Virus record (IMG/VR): IMGVR_UViG_3300036781_000303
Location: 1 to 64,000 of that record
Origin: a virus
DNA: 64,000 nt
Direction: 5' to 3' (one strand)
Shown: one piece after another, positions 7,952 to 16,873 of the stretch
Layout of the letters: each line of letters opens with the position of its first letter
Position numbering within the stretch: position 1 is the first letter of the stretch
Program-made: the position numbers and the translations under genes
The notes under the pieces: model-generated
Database searches by the model: none
What the model was told of the DNA's origin: nothing
What the model saw: the letters and a program-made list of their open reading frames with translations, nothing else

Positions 7952-8593
7952 GTGACGACTATCCCTGATCCGACACCGCTAACCCCCGAGCAAGCTTACG
8001 TCGATTTGCAAAAGTGGTGGCAGCAACAGCAACAGCTCAAGACGCTCAAATTTCTTGAACACAACGCTCGCGTGCGCATGGTCGAGTTTTATTTTCCCAC
8101 GCCACGCGAAGGCACGAACAATATCGATATGGGCGGCGGCTACAATCTGACGCTTGCTCATACATTCGACTACAACGTCGACGAGGCGGCATTCAACAGC
8201 GCCAAAGCATCCGATTTCAAGAAATTGAAAATCGATCGCGATGCACTGTTCGTCATGAAGCCAGCGCTGTCACTCAAGGCATATCGCAAGCTCACCGAAG
8301 AACAACGTGCTTTTGTCGACGAGCTGCTTGACATCAAGCCGAACAGTCCGCAACTGCACATCGTGCCCAAGACGGTCGAGCCGGTCAGCGAAAACGCTAC
8401 CGAGCTTAGCGAACCGCCTACAGTGGTCACGCGTCGTTCGCCACGTGCGCCACGCAAGGGCAAGCCGATACCAGCACCCGCCAAGGCAACGGCCAAGAAA
8501 ACTGCACCGCCGCCACCCAAACCGTCGCGTACACCGAAGGCGCCACCGCCGCCAGTCAAGCGTGGTCGCGGTCGACCGCGTAAAAATCCGTAG
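7952..8593 (+). CDS. phage replication-module protein with Pro/Lys tail and AT-hook
   Basis: GAGGA SD; YFPTPREGTN motif; C-terminal KRGRGRPRK. Confidence 0.7.
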   Translation: MTTIPDPTPLTPEQAYVDLQKWWQQQQQLKTLKFLEHNARVRMVEFYFPTPREGTNNIDMGGGYNLTLAHTFDYNVDEAAFNSAKASDFKKLKIDRDALFVMKPALSLKAYRKLTEEQRAFVDELLDIKPNSPQLHIVPKTVEPVSENATELSEPPTVVTRRSPRAPRKGKPIPAPAKATAKKTAPPPPKPSRTPKAPPPPVKRGRGRPRKNP

Positions 8594-8741
8594 CCATAGC
8601 CGCTATCATCCAACGCTTGACACGGACGAGACTGATGCCACCACGCAAAACGCTTTATATTGCCATCAGGGCCGCGATCTATGGCGGTGAATACCACTTC
8701 GACCTGGCCGAACGCTGGGGTCTCTACAAGTAGGCGACCCC

Positions 8742-9002
8742 ATGCAAATGGCAGTAATCAAACCCGCAGTCGACAAGCACGGCGAGCCCAGTGCACATAC
8801 CATGGGTACGCACGTCGAAATCGCACCTGGCGTGTACCTTCACCATGTGACACGCATTGAACTGTTGGCACGCGTCGATTCGCTTTGGCAAGCCACGATT
8901 CAATGCGACGTTCGTCTGCAGCCCATCAAAGCGACGCTGCGTTTGCGCTTACCGCGACCGGGTCGCTATTACAGGCGCGGCGGTCGCGCCATTTGGAAGT
9001 AA
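8742..9002 (+). CDS. hypothetical protein
   Basis: ORF abutting the next gene. Confidence 0.5.
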   Translation: MQMAVIKPAVDKHGEPSAHTMGTHVEIAPGVYLHHVTRIELLARVDSLWQATIQCDVRLQPIKATLRLRLPRPGRYYRRGGRAIWK

Positions 9003-9004
9003 TC

Positions 9005-9253
9005 ATGGCACTTGATGTATTGAACCCCAACCATGCTATGTCGCAAGCAGCTGTTGAATACCATTTGCAGCTGCTTGCCGTCATGGTTCATATGCAAGGC
9101 GGTCATGTCGTGATGTCCAAAGACGACATCGTCAGTTTCCCACAAGGCATGTGTATCGCCTTCGAAGAAAAACCGGACGGCCTTCACTTGGACTTGGTGA
9201 CCAGAGAAGCTGCCGTCGAGCTGGCGCGCAAGCACGGCGGGCTGCCCACATGA
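9005..9253 (+). CDS. hypothetical protein
   Basis: ATGA overlap with the downstream ATPase. Confidence 0.6.
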   Translation: MALDVLNPNHAMSQAAVEYHLQLLAVMVHMQGGHVVMSKDDIVSFPQGMCIAFEEKPDGLHLDLVTREAAVELARKHGGLPT

Positions 9254-9975
9254 CGCTCGCTTGGTCGACCACCGAACAAGTCTCAAGCAGTAGCGGCGTC
9301 AAACTATTGACCTATGGCGAACCAGGCGCCGGCAAGACACTCATGTGCGCCACGCTACCGAAACCTGTGATCATCAGCGCCGAAGCGGGCTTGCTGTCAC
9401 TGCGCAAGAAAAACCTTGAACGTCAGTTCGGCGTTGGGCACCCGTATGTGCGCGATATTCCTGTGCTGCAAGTGACGACATGGGAACAATTCGTCGAAGC
9501 GTATATGCTGTTCGCTAACCCAGCCAATCGCATGCGTGAGCACGCCTGGTCGATAGCCATCGACAGCGTGACTGAGGTCGCCGAAACCATTTTGCAAAAG
9601 CTGAAAACGGGCGCCCGCGATCCGCGCCAAGCGTATGGCGAAATGGCTGATCGCATTATCGGCATGGTGAAAAACTTTCGCGATCTGGCGGGCTTCCATG
9701 TCTATATCTCAGCGAAGCTTACCTACGACAAGGACGGTGAGAGCAATGGCATGAAGTTTCAACCACTCATGCCGGGTAAGCAAAGCGGCCCCGCGTTGCC
9801 CTACCTGTTCGATGAAGTCTTTCGCTTGGGTATCGGTACGCACAACGATAAGAAGTATCGCTTTCTGCAGACCGGTAACGATCAGCAGTACGTGGCTAAG
9901 GATAGATCGGGTGCCTTAGACCTTTTCGAACCACCCGATTTAACGCATGTGATCAATAAAATACTTGGAGGTTAA
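9250..9975 (+). CDS. Sak4-like ssDNA-annealing ATPase (AAA_24)
   Basis: YGEPGAGKT Walker A, IAIDSVTE Walker B, AKDRSG motif; next to SSB. Confidence 0.85.
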   Translation: MTLAWSTTEQVSSSSGVKLLTYGEPGAGKTLMCATLPKPVIISAEAGLLSLRKKNLERQFGVGHPYVRDIPVLQVTTWEQFVEAYMLFANPANRMREHAWSIAIDSVTEVAETILQKLKTGARDPRQAYGEMADRIIGMVKNFRDLAGFHVYISAKLTYDKDGESNGMKFQPLMPGKQSGPALPYLFDEVFRLGIGTHNDKKYRFLQTGNDQQYVAKDRSGALDLFEPPDLTHVINKILGG

Positions 9976-9978
9976 CCC

Positions 9979-10917
9979 ATGGGCATCAACCTAAGCACCG
10001 TCGACCTGTCGAACGTTGAGGCGCGAAAGCCTTACGAGCCGATCCCCGACAGTTGGCAGAATGCGGTGATTGTCAACACCGAAATGAAGCCGACCGCCGA
10101 CGGTACCGGCCAGTATATGCAGGTCGAATCCGAAGTGATCGACGGCCAGTACAAGGGCAGCAAGCTGTACGACCGCCTCAACCTGGTGAACAACAGCGAG
10201 ACAGCGCGCGAAATCGCGTACAAGACGCTGAAATCGATTTACCTTGCGGTGGGCAAGGTGCGCGTCAATGACAGCGCCGAGCTGCACGGTATCCCGTTCA
10301 AGATCAAGGTCAAGTATCGCGCCGGCCGCGTCGAGAAAGACGCTATGGGCAATGTGATCAAAGAGTATTCGCCTGGCAACGAGGTCGGCGGCTATGACCA
10401 CATCACCAGCGATCACGCTACGGGCGCAGGCAGCTCTCTGGCATCGGGTGTGGCAGGTGCACCGGGTGGCACCCCGGCATGGGCTGCAGGCGGCACAGGG
10501 GCGGCTACTAGCACCGGTCCCGCGCTATCGGGCCCCACAAACACGGCACCGCAGCCAGGGGGCACGTTTCAGCCGCCAGCCGGTGGGCAGCCTTGGGACA
10601 AGGGTCCGGTCCCAGGCGTCGCCAGCGCGCCAGCGGCACCAGGCGCAGCCGGGGGTGGCTCGCCGCCGCAACCGACGCTTGAGCTGACGCCTGCCGGCGC
10701 TGAGGGCGGCCTGACGCTGCAGGACTACTACGACAACAAGTGGACCAACGATCAGCTTGTTGAGTTTGGCAAGGCGCGCTGGGTCCAGCCTGCGACCTTG
10801 ACCGCACCAGGTACGCAGACTGGCCCTGGTGCACCGCCATCGCCACTGAGTAACACGGGTGCGCCGCCTGCTGCCACGGGCGCGGCGAATGCACCCACAC
10901 CCCCTTGGGCGCGTTGA
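9979..10917 (+). CDS. single-stranded DNA-binding protein (DUF669-like) with long Pro/Ala/Gly tail
   Basis: YEPIP..GQYKG..DRLNL OB-fold pattern; tail ends in PPWAR; GGAGG SD. Confidence 0.8.
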   Translation: MGINLSTVDLSNVEARKPYEPIPDSWQNAVIVNTEMKPTADGTGQYMQVESEVIDGQYKGSKLYDRLNLVNNSETAREIAYKTLKSIYLAVGKVRVNDSAELHGIPFKIKVKYRAGRVEKDAMGNVIKEYSPGNEVGGYDHITSDHATGAGSSLASGVAGAPGGTPAWAAGGTGAATSTGPALSGPTNTAPQPGGTFQPPAGGQPWDKGPVPGVASAPAAPGAAGGGSPPQPTLELTPAGAEGGLTLQDYYDNKWTNDQLVEFGKARWVQPATLTAPGTQTGPGAPPSPLSNTGAPPAATGAANAPTPPWAR

Positions 10918-11005
10918 CGGCCTCGTCAGCGGCAACACGCCCCACGGTGCATTAGGTTCATGGGCCTGATGCACCGTGTCTTATTTAGCCCATAGTGAGG
11001 TACAT

Positions 11006-11275
11006 ATGATGGACGAGGGACATGCACAAAACAGCCCGATTCTGGGTTATCGCGATCTGTCACAAGCTGAAATCGAGCTGATCAACCAAATCAAATCTCA
11101 AGGCAGCGCACTCGATGCGTTGCTGGGTGATGTGCGCAAGAACATCGCCGATACCAGTGCTGAATTCGGTACCGGCGATGCGGAGCACTACCGCTGGGTA
11201 TCGATCGCGCACACGCATTTGCAACAGGGTCTGATGGCGCTCACGCGCGCCGTCGCCAAGCCGACCAGTTTCTAA
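11006..11275 (+). CDS. acb2: anti-CBASS cyclic-oligonucleotide sponge Acb2
   Basis: ILGYRDLSQAEIELINQIK...RWVSIAHTHLQQGLMALTRAVAKPTSF matches the Acb2 pattern as recalled; GAGG SD. Confidence 0.85.
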   Translation: MMDEGHAQNSPILGYRDLSQAEIELINQIKSQGSALDALLGDVRKNIADTSAEFGTGDAEHYRWVSIAHTHLQQGLMALTRAVAKPTSF

Positions 11276-11306
11276 GCGCCAAGTAACACGTAGGCGTATT
11301 GTTTAC

Positions 11307-11380
11307 TGGGGTGTCGTCTAACGGTAGGACAGCAGCCTTTGACGTTGCTTATTCAGGTTCGAATCCTGGCGCCCCTGCCA
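11307..11380 (+). tRNA. tRNA-Gln(TTG)
   Basis: Anticodon arm GCAGC-CTTTGAC-GTTGC; GGTTCGAATCC; CCA. Confidence 0.92.
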
Positions 11381-11407
11381 CTTCACATCCGTTATGAGGG
11401 TTATGCC

Positions 11408-11764
11408 ATGTCGTTTGAAGAAAAGATCAAAGCCGAAATGAACACGCTGCGCACCAAGATCGCGACCGAGTTCGATCAGCTCGTGCTCGATATCGAAAAG
11501 GTGTTCGGCAAGAACAATCATGTGGCACCGCTTATTCAAGGCGCCAGCACGAACGCTGTGGGCCATGTCGACGCGCACGCGACGGTGCTGGCTGAGTCGG
11601 CAGTCAGCGGTGACCACACCATTCATGACACACCTGTGCCGCCCGCTAGCGTGGCTGACACGAGCCAGGCGCAGCCACCTTGGGACGGCGTGGCAAAGAG
11701 CGACGACGCCAACACGCAGTCCGATAGCAACGGCGACAAGGCCGCCGACGAATCCACCAAGTAA
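11408..11764 (+). CDS. hypothetical acidic protein
   Basis: GAGG SD; followed by a terminator. Confidence 0.65.
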   Translation: MSFEEKIKAEMNTLRTKIATEFDQLVLDIEKVFGKNNHVAPLIQGASTNAVGHVDAHATVLAESAVSGDHTIHDTPVPPASVADTSQAQPPWDGVAKSDDANTQSDSNGDKAADESTK

Positions 11765-11783
11765 TAGCCTGGCAGCGGGCTTT

Positions 11784-11812
11784 AGGGCTGGCCTTGTGCC
11801 GGCCCTCTTTTT
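11784..11812 (+). terminator. rho-independent terminator
   Basis: AGGGCTGGC-CTTGT-GCCGGCCCT then CTTTTT. Confidence 0.7.
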
Positions 11813-11826
11813 CTCAAGGACGCGTT

Positions 11827-12285
11827 ATGAGCGAAGACAAGAAAGAATTGTTTTGCGTGCGATGCTTCGCGAGTGAATCAGCGGGCTCGATGGGTGGCAC
11901 GATAAGCCCCACCGATAAGCAAGGCGCGCTGTGCGGCAATTGCGGCGCAATCAATGCAGCCGTCCCATTGTCACCTAAAGCCATCGAATCGATTCGTGAA
12001 CAAGCCAGCTGGGTAGGCAAGCGCTTTTACCCGCATGGCGAAGATATCGATGCACGAGCAGAACGCAAGCGCCTGTTGAAGCAGGTCATGACCTACGCCG
12101 GCAGAACGGCCGTGCTTGCCCCTGAGCACGTGCATAAAGACGTGACCTGGTTTGTGTCGCAGCGTATCGGCCCGAACGCTAGCGTGTCGGTGTACGTGCA
12201 AGCAGACACAGCATTCACTGCCATGGCCACCGATCGCCTGCCCTTTTTCGATATCGATACCGTCGCCTCATGGGAGAAACCGTGA
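11827..12285 (+). CDS. hypothetical zinc-ribbon protein
   Basis: CVRC..CGNC; AAGGA SD. Confidence 0.6.
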   Translation: MSEDKKELFCVRCFASESAGSMGGTISPTDKQGALCGNCGAINAAVPLSPKAIESIREQASWVGKRFYPHGEDIDARAERKRLLKQVMTYAGRTAVLAPEHVHKDVTWFVSQRIGPNASVSVYVQADTAFTAMATDRLPFFDIDTVASWEKP

Positions 12286-12779
12286 TGTTCTTTACTTTTG
12301 GCAAGTGGCTAGCGGATAAACTGTTTCTCAGGCTCGCTATGCGCATGCTCAATAGCGAACCTGATTTCATCGTCGGTGGCAAAGAAACACCGTATATGCT
12401 GCGCTGGTTCGTGATACCGCGTAACCGTTTCTTCAACATCTATCTGCATCGCTTTTTGCGCAGCGACGACGATCGCGCGCATCACGATCACCCGTGGCTT
12501 TTCAATGCGTCCTTTCTGTTGCAGGGGCGCTACATCGAGCACGTGATACATAAGGGTGGTACCGATGTGAAAACAGGCTATAGCACAGGCAACCTGCGCA
12601 TACGCCTGGGTGCTGCACCCCATCGCATCGAGTTGATCGGCTCGTCGTGCGTGACGCTTTTCATCACAGGTCCTGTGGTTCGTGTCTGGCGTTTTCATTG
12701 CCCACATGGCTATGTGAACTGGAAAGATTTTGTCGATAGCCGCGATGCCGGCGCCATCGGCAAAGGGTGTGGTGATTGA
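12285..12779 (+). CDS. cupin-fold protein
   Basis: NIYLHRFLRSDDDRAHHDHPW..G.Y.E..HRIEL metal-binding cupin pattern. Confidence 0.7.
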   Translation: MFFTFGKWLADKLFLRLAMRMLNSEPDFIVGGKETPYMLRWFVIPRNRFFNIYLHRFLRSDDDRAHHDHPWLFNASFLLQGRYIEHVIHKGGTDVKTGYSTGNLRIRLGAAPHRIELIGSSCVTLFITGPVVRVWRFHCPHGYVNWKDFVDSRDAGAIGKGCGD

Positions 12780-12780
12780 T

Positions 12781-13326
12781 ATGCTGCTATGGCATCAACC
12801 CATACGACCGCCTCGCGAGTTAGCCACTGAGCAAGTCTTCGCGCAGCTGTGGCATGAACGCATGAGGCGCAAGCGCGATGGCGAAAAACCCTTTGCAAGC
12901 ATCATTCACGACTATACGTGTCGTGACACACGCATCGTGGCGTCCATCGTTACGTGGTTCGGCACAAATTGTGGCAACAGCTTCTTGCTTGAAGCGCGGC
13001 GCTTGAAGGACAAGGCTGTCCCCTGGGCCTACCTGGCGCAATGGGCTATCAACAATCGTCGGCAATCGAGTATCAACAGCGGTGTTCGCCTGTTGGAACA
13101 TATTTGCGCCGACAGAATCGATGACAGCATCACGATTGCGCAACGCGTGTATTTCGAGTGCGAGCTTACTGTTGCCGACTACGAAGTTGCGGACAGCTTC
13201 ATGGTCTGGCTTTCGTGCACTGACGCGCAACAATTCATCAGCGACTGCGAATGCGAAATCGAAGCGCGCAGACTCAAGCTGTCCGACGAAAGCCGTCGCC
13301 TACTTCGCCTGAGAGGCACCTCATGA
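12781..13326 (+). CDS. hypothetical protein
   Basis: Coupled ORF in operon. Confidence 0.6.
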   Translation: MLLWHQPIRPPRELATEQVFAQLWHERMRRKRDGEKPFASIIHDYTCRDTRIVASIVTWFGTNCGNSFLLEARRLKDKAVPWAYLAQWAINNRRQSSINSGVRLLEHICADRIDDSITIAQRVYFECELTVADYEVADSFMVWLSCTDAQQFISDCECEIEARRLKLSDESRRLLRLRGTS

Positions 13327-13901
13327 TTCGCTTGCCCATCTATCTGCAGTTCGACCACGACAAGCTTGTTGGCATGGTCGACATCGACGAAACATCATTG
13401 CCCTCATTACCCAATTTTCACTTGGCCTTGGGTTATCAGGTACTAGCCATCGACAATAGCGGTCTTACTAAGGGATACAAGCTTAAAGCATTGGGCGTAG
13501 TGCCTGACAATAACTTCAAGGGCTGGCCCCAGAGTGTCAAAAGGATACGCCGGCTTTTGCCTACAGAGCATTTCGAAGGGTATTCGTTCATTGACCCACA
13601 GAATCAGGTCGTGGGGCCTTTCGAAACGCAAGAGCGCATGGAATATGTTATTTCGAGTAGCTACTTCGAATGTGCGGTAAGCAATGAAGCTGACGCCAAT
13701 GTCGCGCAAGAACCACAAAAACAAGTCAGCACTAACCCGTTGCTTGCTGAGTTTGGATCATTACTCGACACGATGGACCCGTGGAATAACGCGACACGGC
13801 GCTATGCTATAGAAAATGCTGATTGGATTCGTTGGCACAAGCTTTTTTTGAGTGTTCGCTCAGTCGTGCTCGCACAGCAAACACCACCGGACAATGCGTA
13901 A
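13323..13901 (+). CDS. hypothetical protein
   Basis: GAGG SD; overlapping stop/start at both ends. Confidence 0.6.
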   Translation: MIRLPIYLQFDHDKLVGMVDIDETSLPSLPNFHLALGYQVLAIDNSGLTKGYKLKALGVVPDNNFKGWPQSVKRIRRLLPTEHFEGYSFIDPQNQVVGPFETQERMEYVISSSYFECAVSNEADANVAQEPQKQVSTNPLLAEFGSLLDTMDPWNNATRRYAIENADWIRWHKLFLSVRSVVLAQQTPPDNA

Positions 13902-14875
13902 TGGCTAATGTCTGGCTAGCTACAAAGACCAAGGCTGCAATCAACGCGGCCATCGCGGCCGACAATGGCAACGCTTACCGTGGCTGGCTCGGTAAGGTGC
14001 TGCCACATATGCACGACGCCTACGCGACAGGCGAAGACAAAGTGCGTTCACACCTGGGCGCCAGCATCGTTGGTCAAGCCTGCGATCGCGCGCTAGCCTT
14101 CGCCTGGTTGTGGGTAAGCGCTGATGCACGGCCGCGCGGCAAGAAAGATGAAGACCCTACAGCGGCACACGGTCGCATGCTGCGCTTGTGGAATCGTGGT
14201 CATCTCGAAGAGGGGCGAATCATTGCGCAATTGCTTTGTGCCGGCGTGCAAATCTACCAACAGGATGCTAACGGTAAGCAATTTCGTATCAGCGACCTGG
14301 GCGGCCATTTCAGCGGCAGTTGCGATGGCGTAGCGATGGGCGTGCCTGATCTGCCGATGGGTATACCCTGTCTTACCGAGTACAAAACACACGGCGAGAA
14401 ATCATTTCTCAAGCTGATTGAAGATGGCGTGCGGCTATCAAAGCCTGAGCACTACATCCAAATGCAAATGTACATGAGCAAGTTAGGGCTGCAGTACGCG
14501 CTTTATTTTGCCAGCAACAAGAACGACGACGAAATCCATCTAGAAATCGTCACCTATGACGGCGTGACAGACGCCACCTATCTTGAGCGTGCACGCAGCA
14601 TCATATTCGCCGACCCGAAAATGTTGCCGCCACGTATCAACGGCGCCAGCCCGGCGTTCTTTCAATGCAAGTACATGTGTGATCACAAGCCGGTGTGCTT
14701 TCATACCGTGCAACCCATGCGTAGCTGCCGTTCATGCAAGGACAGCAAACCATTACCCGAAGGCGGTTGGGTCTGCCTGGACACAGGCGAGGTGCTTGAT
14801 AAGGCAGCCCAGCTGCGTGCCTGTGGCAACTACCAGGTCAGCCCACGTTTCGCCGCAAAGAGAGCTCTTTCATAA
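13901..14875 (+). CDS. Cas4-like / RecB-family PD-(D/E)XK exonuclease
   Basis: RSHLGASIVGQAC, GSCDG, EYKT, QMQMY and a C-terminal Cys cluster. Confidence 0.8.
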   Translation: MANVWLATKTKAAINAAIAADNGNAYRGWLGKVLPHMHDAYATGEDKVRSHLGASIVGQACDRALAFAWLWVSADARPRGKKDEDPTAAHGRMLRLWNRGHLEEGRIIAQLLCAGVQIYQQDANGKQFRISDLGGHFSGSCDGVAMGVPDLPMGIPCLTEYKTHGEKSFLKLIEDGVRLSKPEHYIQMQMYMSKLGLQYALYFASNKNDDEIHLEIVTYDGVTDATYLERARSIIFADPKMLPPRINGASPAFFQCKYMCDHKPVCFHTVQPMRSCRSCKDSKPLPEGGWVCLDTGEVLDKAAQLRACGNYQVSPRFAAKRALS

Positions 14876-16522
14876 ATGGGCTTGATGCTACGCGACTATC
14901 AGAAAGCCGCCGTCGATGCGGTGTGGGGATACTTTAACGGGAAAACAGGCAACCCGCTGGTAGCGCTGCCGACTGGCACAGGTAAGTCCTTGGTCATCGG
15001 CGGGTTTATTCATTCGGTCTTTCAGTCGTATAGCGGCATCAACGTGTGGATGCTTACACACGTCAAGAAGCTCATACAACAGAACTTCACCAAGCTTCTT
15101 GAATACTGGCCCACGGCACCAGCCGGCATCTATAGCGCAGGGCTCAAGCGCCGCGAAACCAACAATCCTATTCTGTTCGGCGGCATCGGCAGCGTTATCA
15201 ATGTAGCGCATTTGCTCGCTGCACCTGACTTGCTCGTCATCGACGAGGCACATCTTGTTTCGCCTGAAAACGAAACGATGTATCGGCGTTTGATCGATGC
15301 GCTGTTGAAGCGCAACCCCAAAATGAAAGTCATTGGCTTGTCTGCCACGTGCTATCGCATGGGCCTGGGCAGCCTGACCGAAGGCGGTATCTTTACCGAT
15401 ATTTGCTTCGACATGACAGGCATGGAAGCCTTCAATTGGCTAGTGCAGCAAGGCCACTTAGCGCCATTGCACGCTATACGCGCGAACTATCGATACGACG
15501 TAGGAAATGTTCCTATTGTAAATGGCGACTACGTAAAGAGCGCCTTGCAAGAGGCTGCTAACCATCGCGACATCAACGAGATTGTACTCGATGAAATTGC
15601 GCAACACGCGTCGCAGCGCAATCGATGGATGATATTCGCCACAGGCATCAAGCATGTCGACGCTCTGACCGAGATACTGAACGTACATGGTATCGACACA
15701 GTAGGTATTCATAGCAAGCTGGACCCTGGCGAACACGACGAGTTACTTGATGCCTTTACCAGAGGCCAGGTGCGTTGTGCCATCAGCATGGACGAATTGA
15801 CGACTGGTGTGGACATCCCCGAAGTCGACTATATCGGCATGTTGCGTACGACGCAGAGTACGAATCGTTGGGTGCAAATGTTGGGCCGTGGAACGCGACC
15901 TGCACCTTGGGTGCATAAACTCGATTGCTTGGTGGGCGATTTCACGACGAACTCAAGCGAGCTGGGACCTATCAACGATCCTGTGCTACCGTGTCCACCG
16001 CGTGAGCGCAAGAAAGGCAGCGTGGCGCCGACGGCGCCTATCAAAGAATGCCCAGGTCGGCATAAGACCGGCGAACTGTGCAAGAGCTTTATTCATGCCA
16101 GCCTGGGTACATGTCCGCACTGCCAGCATATCTTTGCTACACCTGTGCATCTGCTGACCACACCCAGTGGTGTAGAAGTCATGCGGCTCGATGACCCGAT
16201 CGTCGAGCCGATCGATGTGATGCACGTAACATACAACGTTCACCACAAGCGTAACGGTATCGATAGCATGCTGGTGACATATCATTGTCGCGGTGAAGAC
16301 AATGGCGACATACCGCGTCGATTCAAAGATTATGTCTGCTTCGAGCATGAAGGTAAGGCACGCATGCGCGCACACAACTGGTGGCGTGAGCGATGCGTAG
16401 ACATACCGCCGCCAGACACTGTGCAGCGTGCCATCGATTTGTCGCACAAGCTGCGTATACCCAAGCGCGTTTTAGTTTGGATCAATCGTTCTCAACCTGA
16501 GATACAAAGCTATGTCTACTGA
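14876..16522 (+). CDS. superfamily 2 (DEAH) DNA helicase, RadD-like
   Basis: LRDYQ, PTGTGKS, DEAH, SAT, TTGVD, QMLGRGTR and a Zn finger. Confidence 0.92.
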   Translation: MGLMLRDYQKAAVDAVWGYFNGKTGNPLVALPTGTGKSLVIGGFIHSVFQSYSGINVWMLTHVKKLIQQNFTKLLEYWPTAPAGIYSAGLKRRETNNPILFGGIGSVINVAHLLAAPDLLVIDEAHLVSPENETMYRRLIDALLKRNPKMKVIGLSATCYRMGLGSLTEGGIFTDICFDMTGMEAFNWLVQQGHLAPLHAIRANYRYDVGNVPIVNGDYVKSALQEAANHRDINEIVLDEIAQHASQRNRWMIFATGIKHVDALTEILNVHGIDTVGIHSKLDPGEHDELLDAFTRGQVRCAISMDELTTGVDIPEVDYIGMLRTTQSTNRWVQMLGRGTRPAPWVHKLDCLVGDFTTNSSELGPINDPVLPCPPRERKKGSVAPTAPIKECPGRHKTGELCKSFIHASLGTCPHCQHIFATPVHLLTTPSGVEVMRLDDPIVEPIDVMHVTYNVHHKRNGIDSMLVTYHCRGEDNGDIPRRFKDYVCFEHEGKARMRAHNWWRERCVDIPPPDTVQRAIDLSHKLRIPKRVLVWINRSQPEIQSYVY

Positions 16523-16736
16523 AAAATACCCTGGTCTCGACCCTGACCTTGCTAATGGCCTGCACAACCTGGCCATGCGTGTTGCCGCGATCGTGCGTGA
16601 GAAGCGCAAGTGCTGCATTCACTGCGTTAACTGGCAGGCCGACACTGAGATATGCAAGCCAGCCGGCAAGCGACCACCGGCCAAGATCATCGCTTTTGGC
16701 TGCCAGTCGTACAACGAGGATGATATACCGTTTTAA
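16512..16736 (+). CDS. small Cys-rich protein ending in DDIPF
   Basis: CIHC..C..C; overlaps helicase stop. Confidence 0.65.
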   Translation: MSTEKYPGLDPDLANGLHNLAMRVAAIVREKRKCCIHCVNWQADTEICKPAGKRPPAKIIAFGCQSYNEDDIPF

Positions 16737-16788
16737 TTCTAACCTGAAAAGGGATTAAAAATATCAATCGCTCGTTCAGGTTGTTTGG

Positions 16789-16817
16789 ATGTCAGTTCGG
16801 AGTAAAGCGAGTAGGCT
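16789..16817 (+). promoter_or_regulatory. putative sigma70-like promoter
   Basis: ATGTCA-N17-TAGGCT with upstream A-tract; similar element at 35467. Confidence 0.45.
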
Positions 16818-16873
16818 TTGCGGCACGGGCTAGCTCTGTGCTAGACCAGACTACCTGACGAGGAGCACTAGAC

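Noticed and set aside
13901-14875. CRISPR-associated Cas4
   Set aside because: No other cas genes or array; sits in a recombination/replication module
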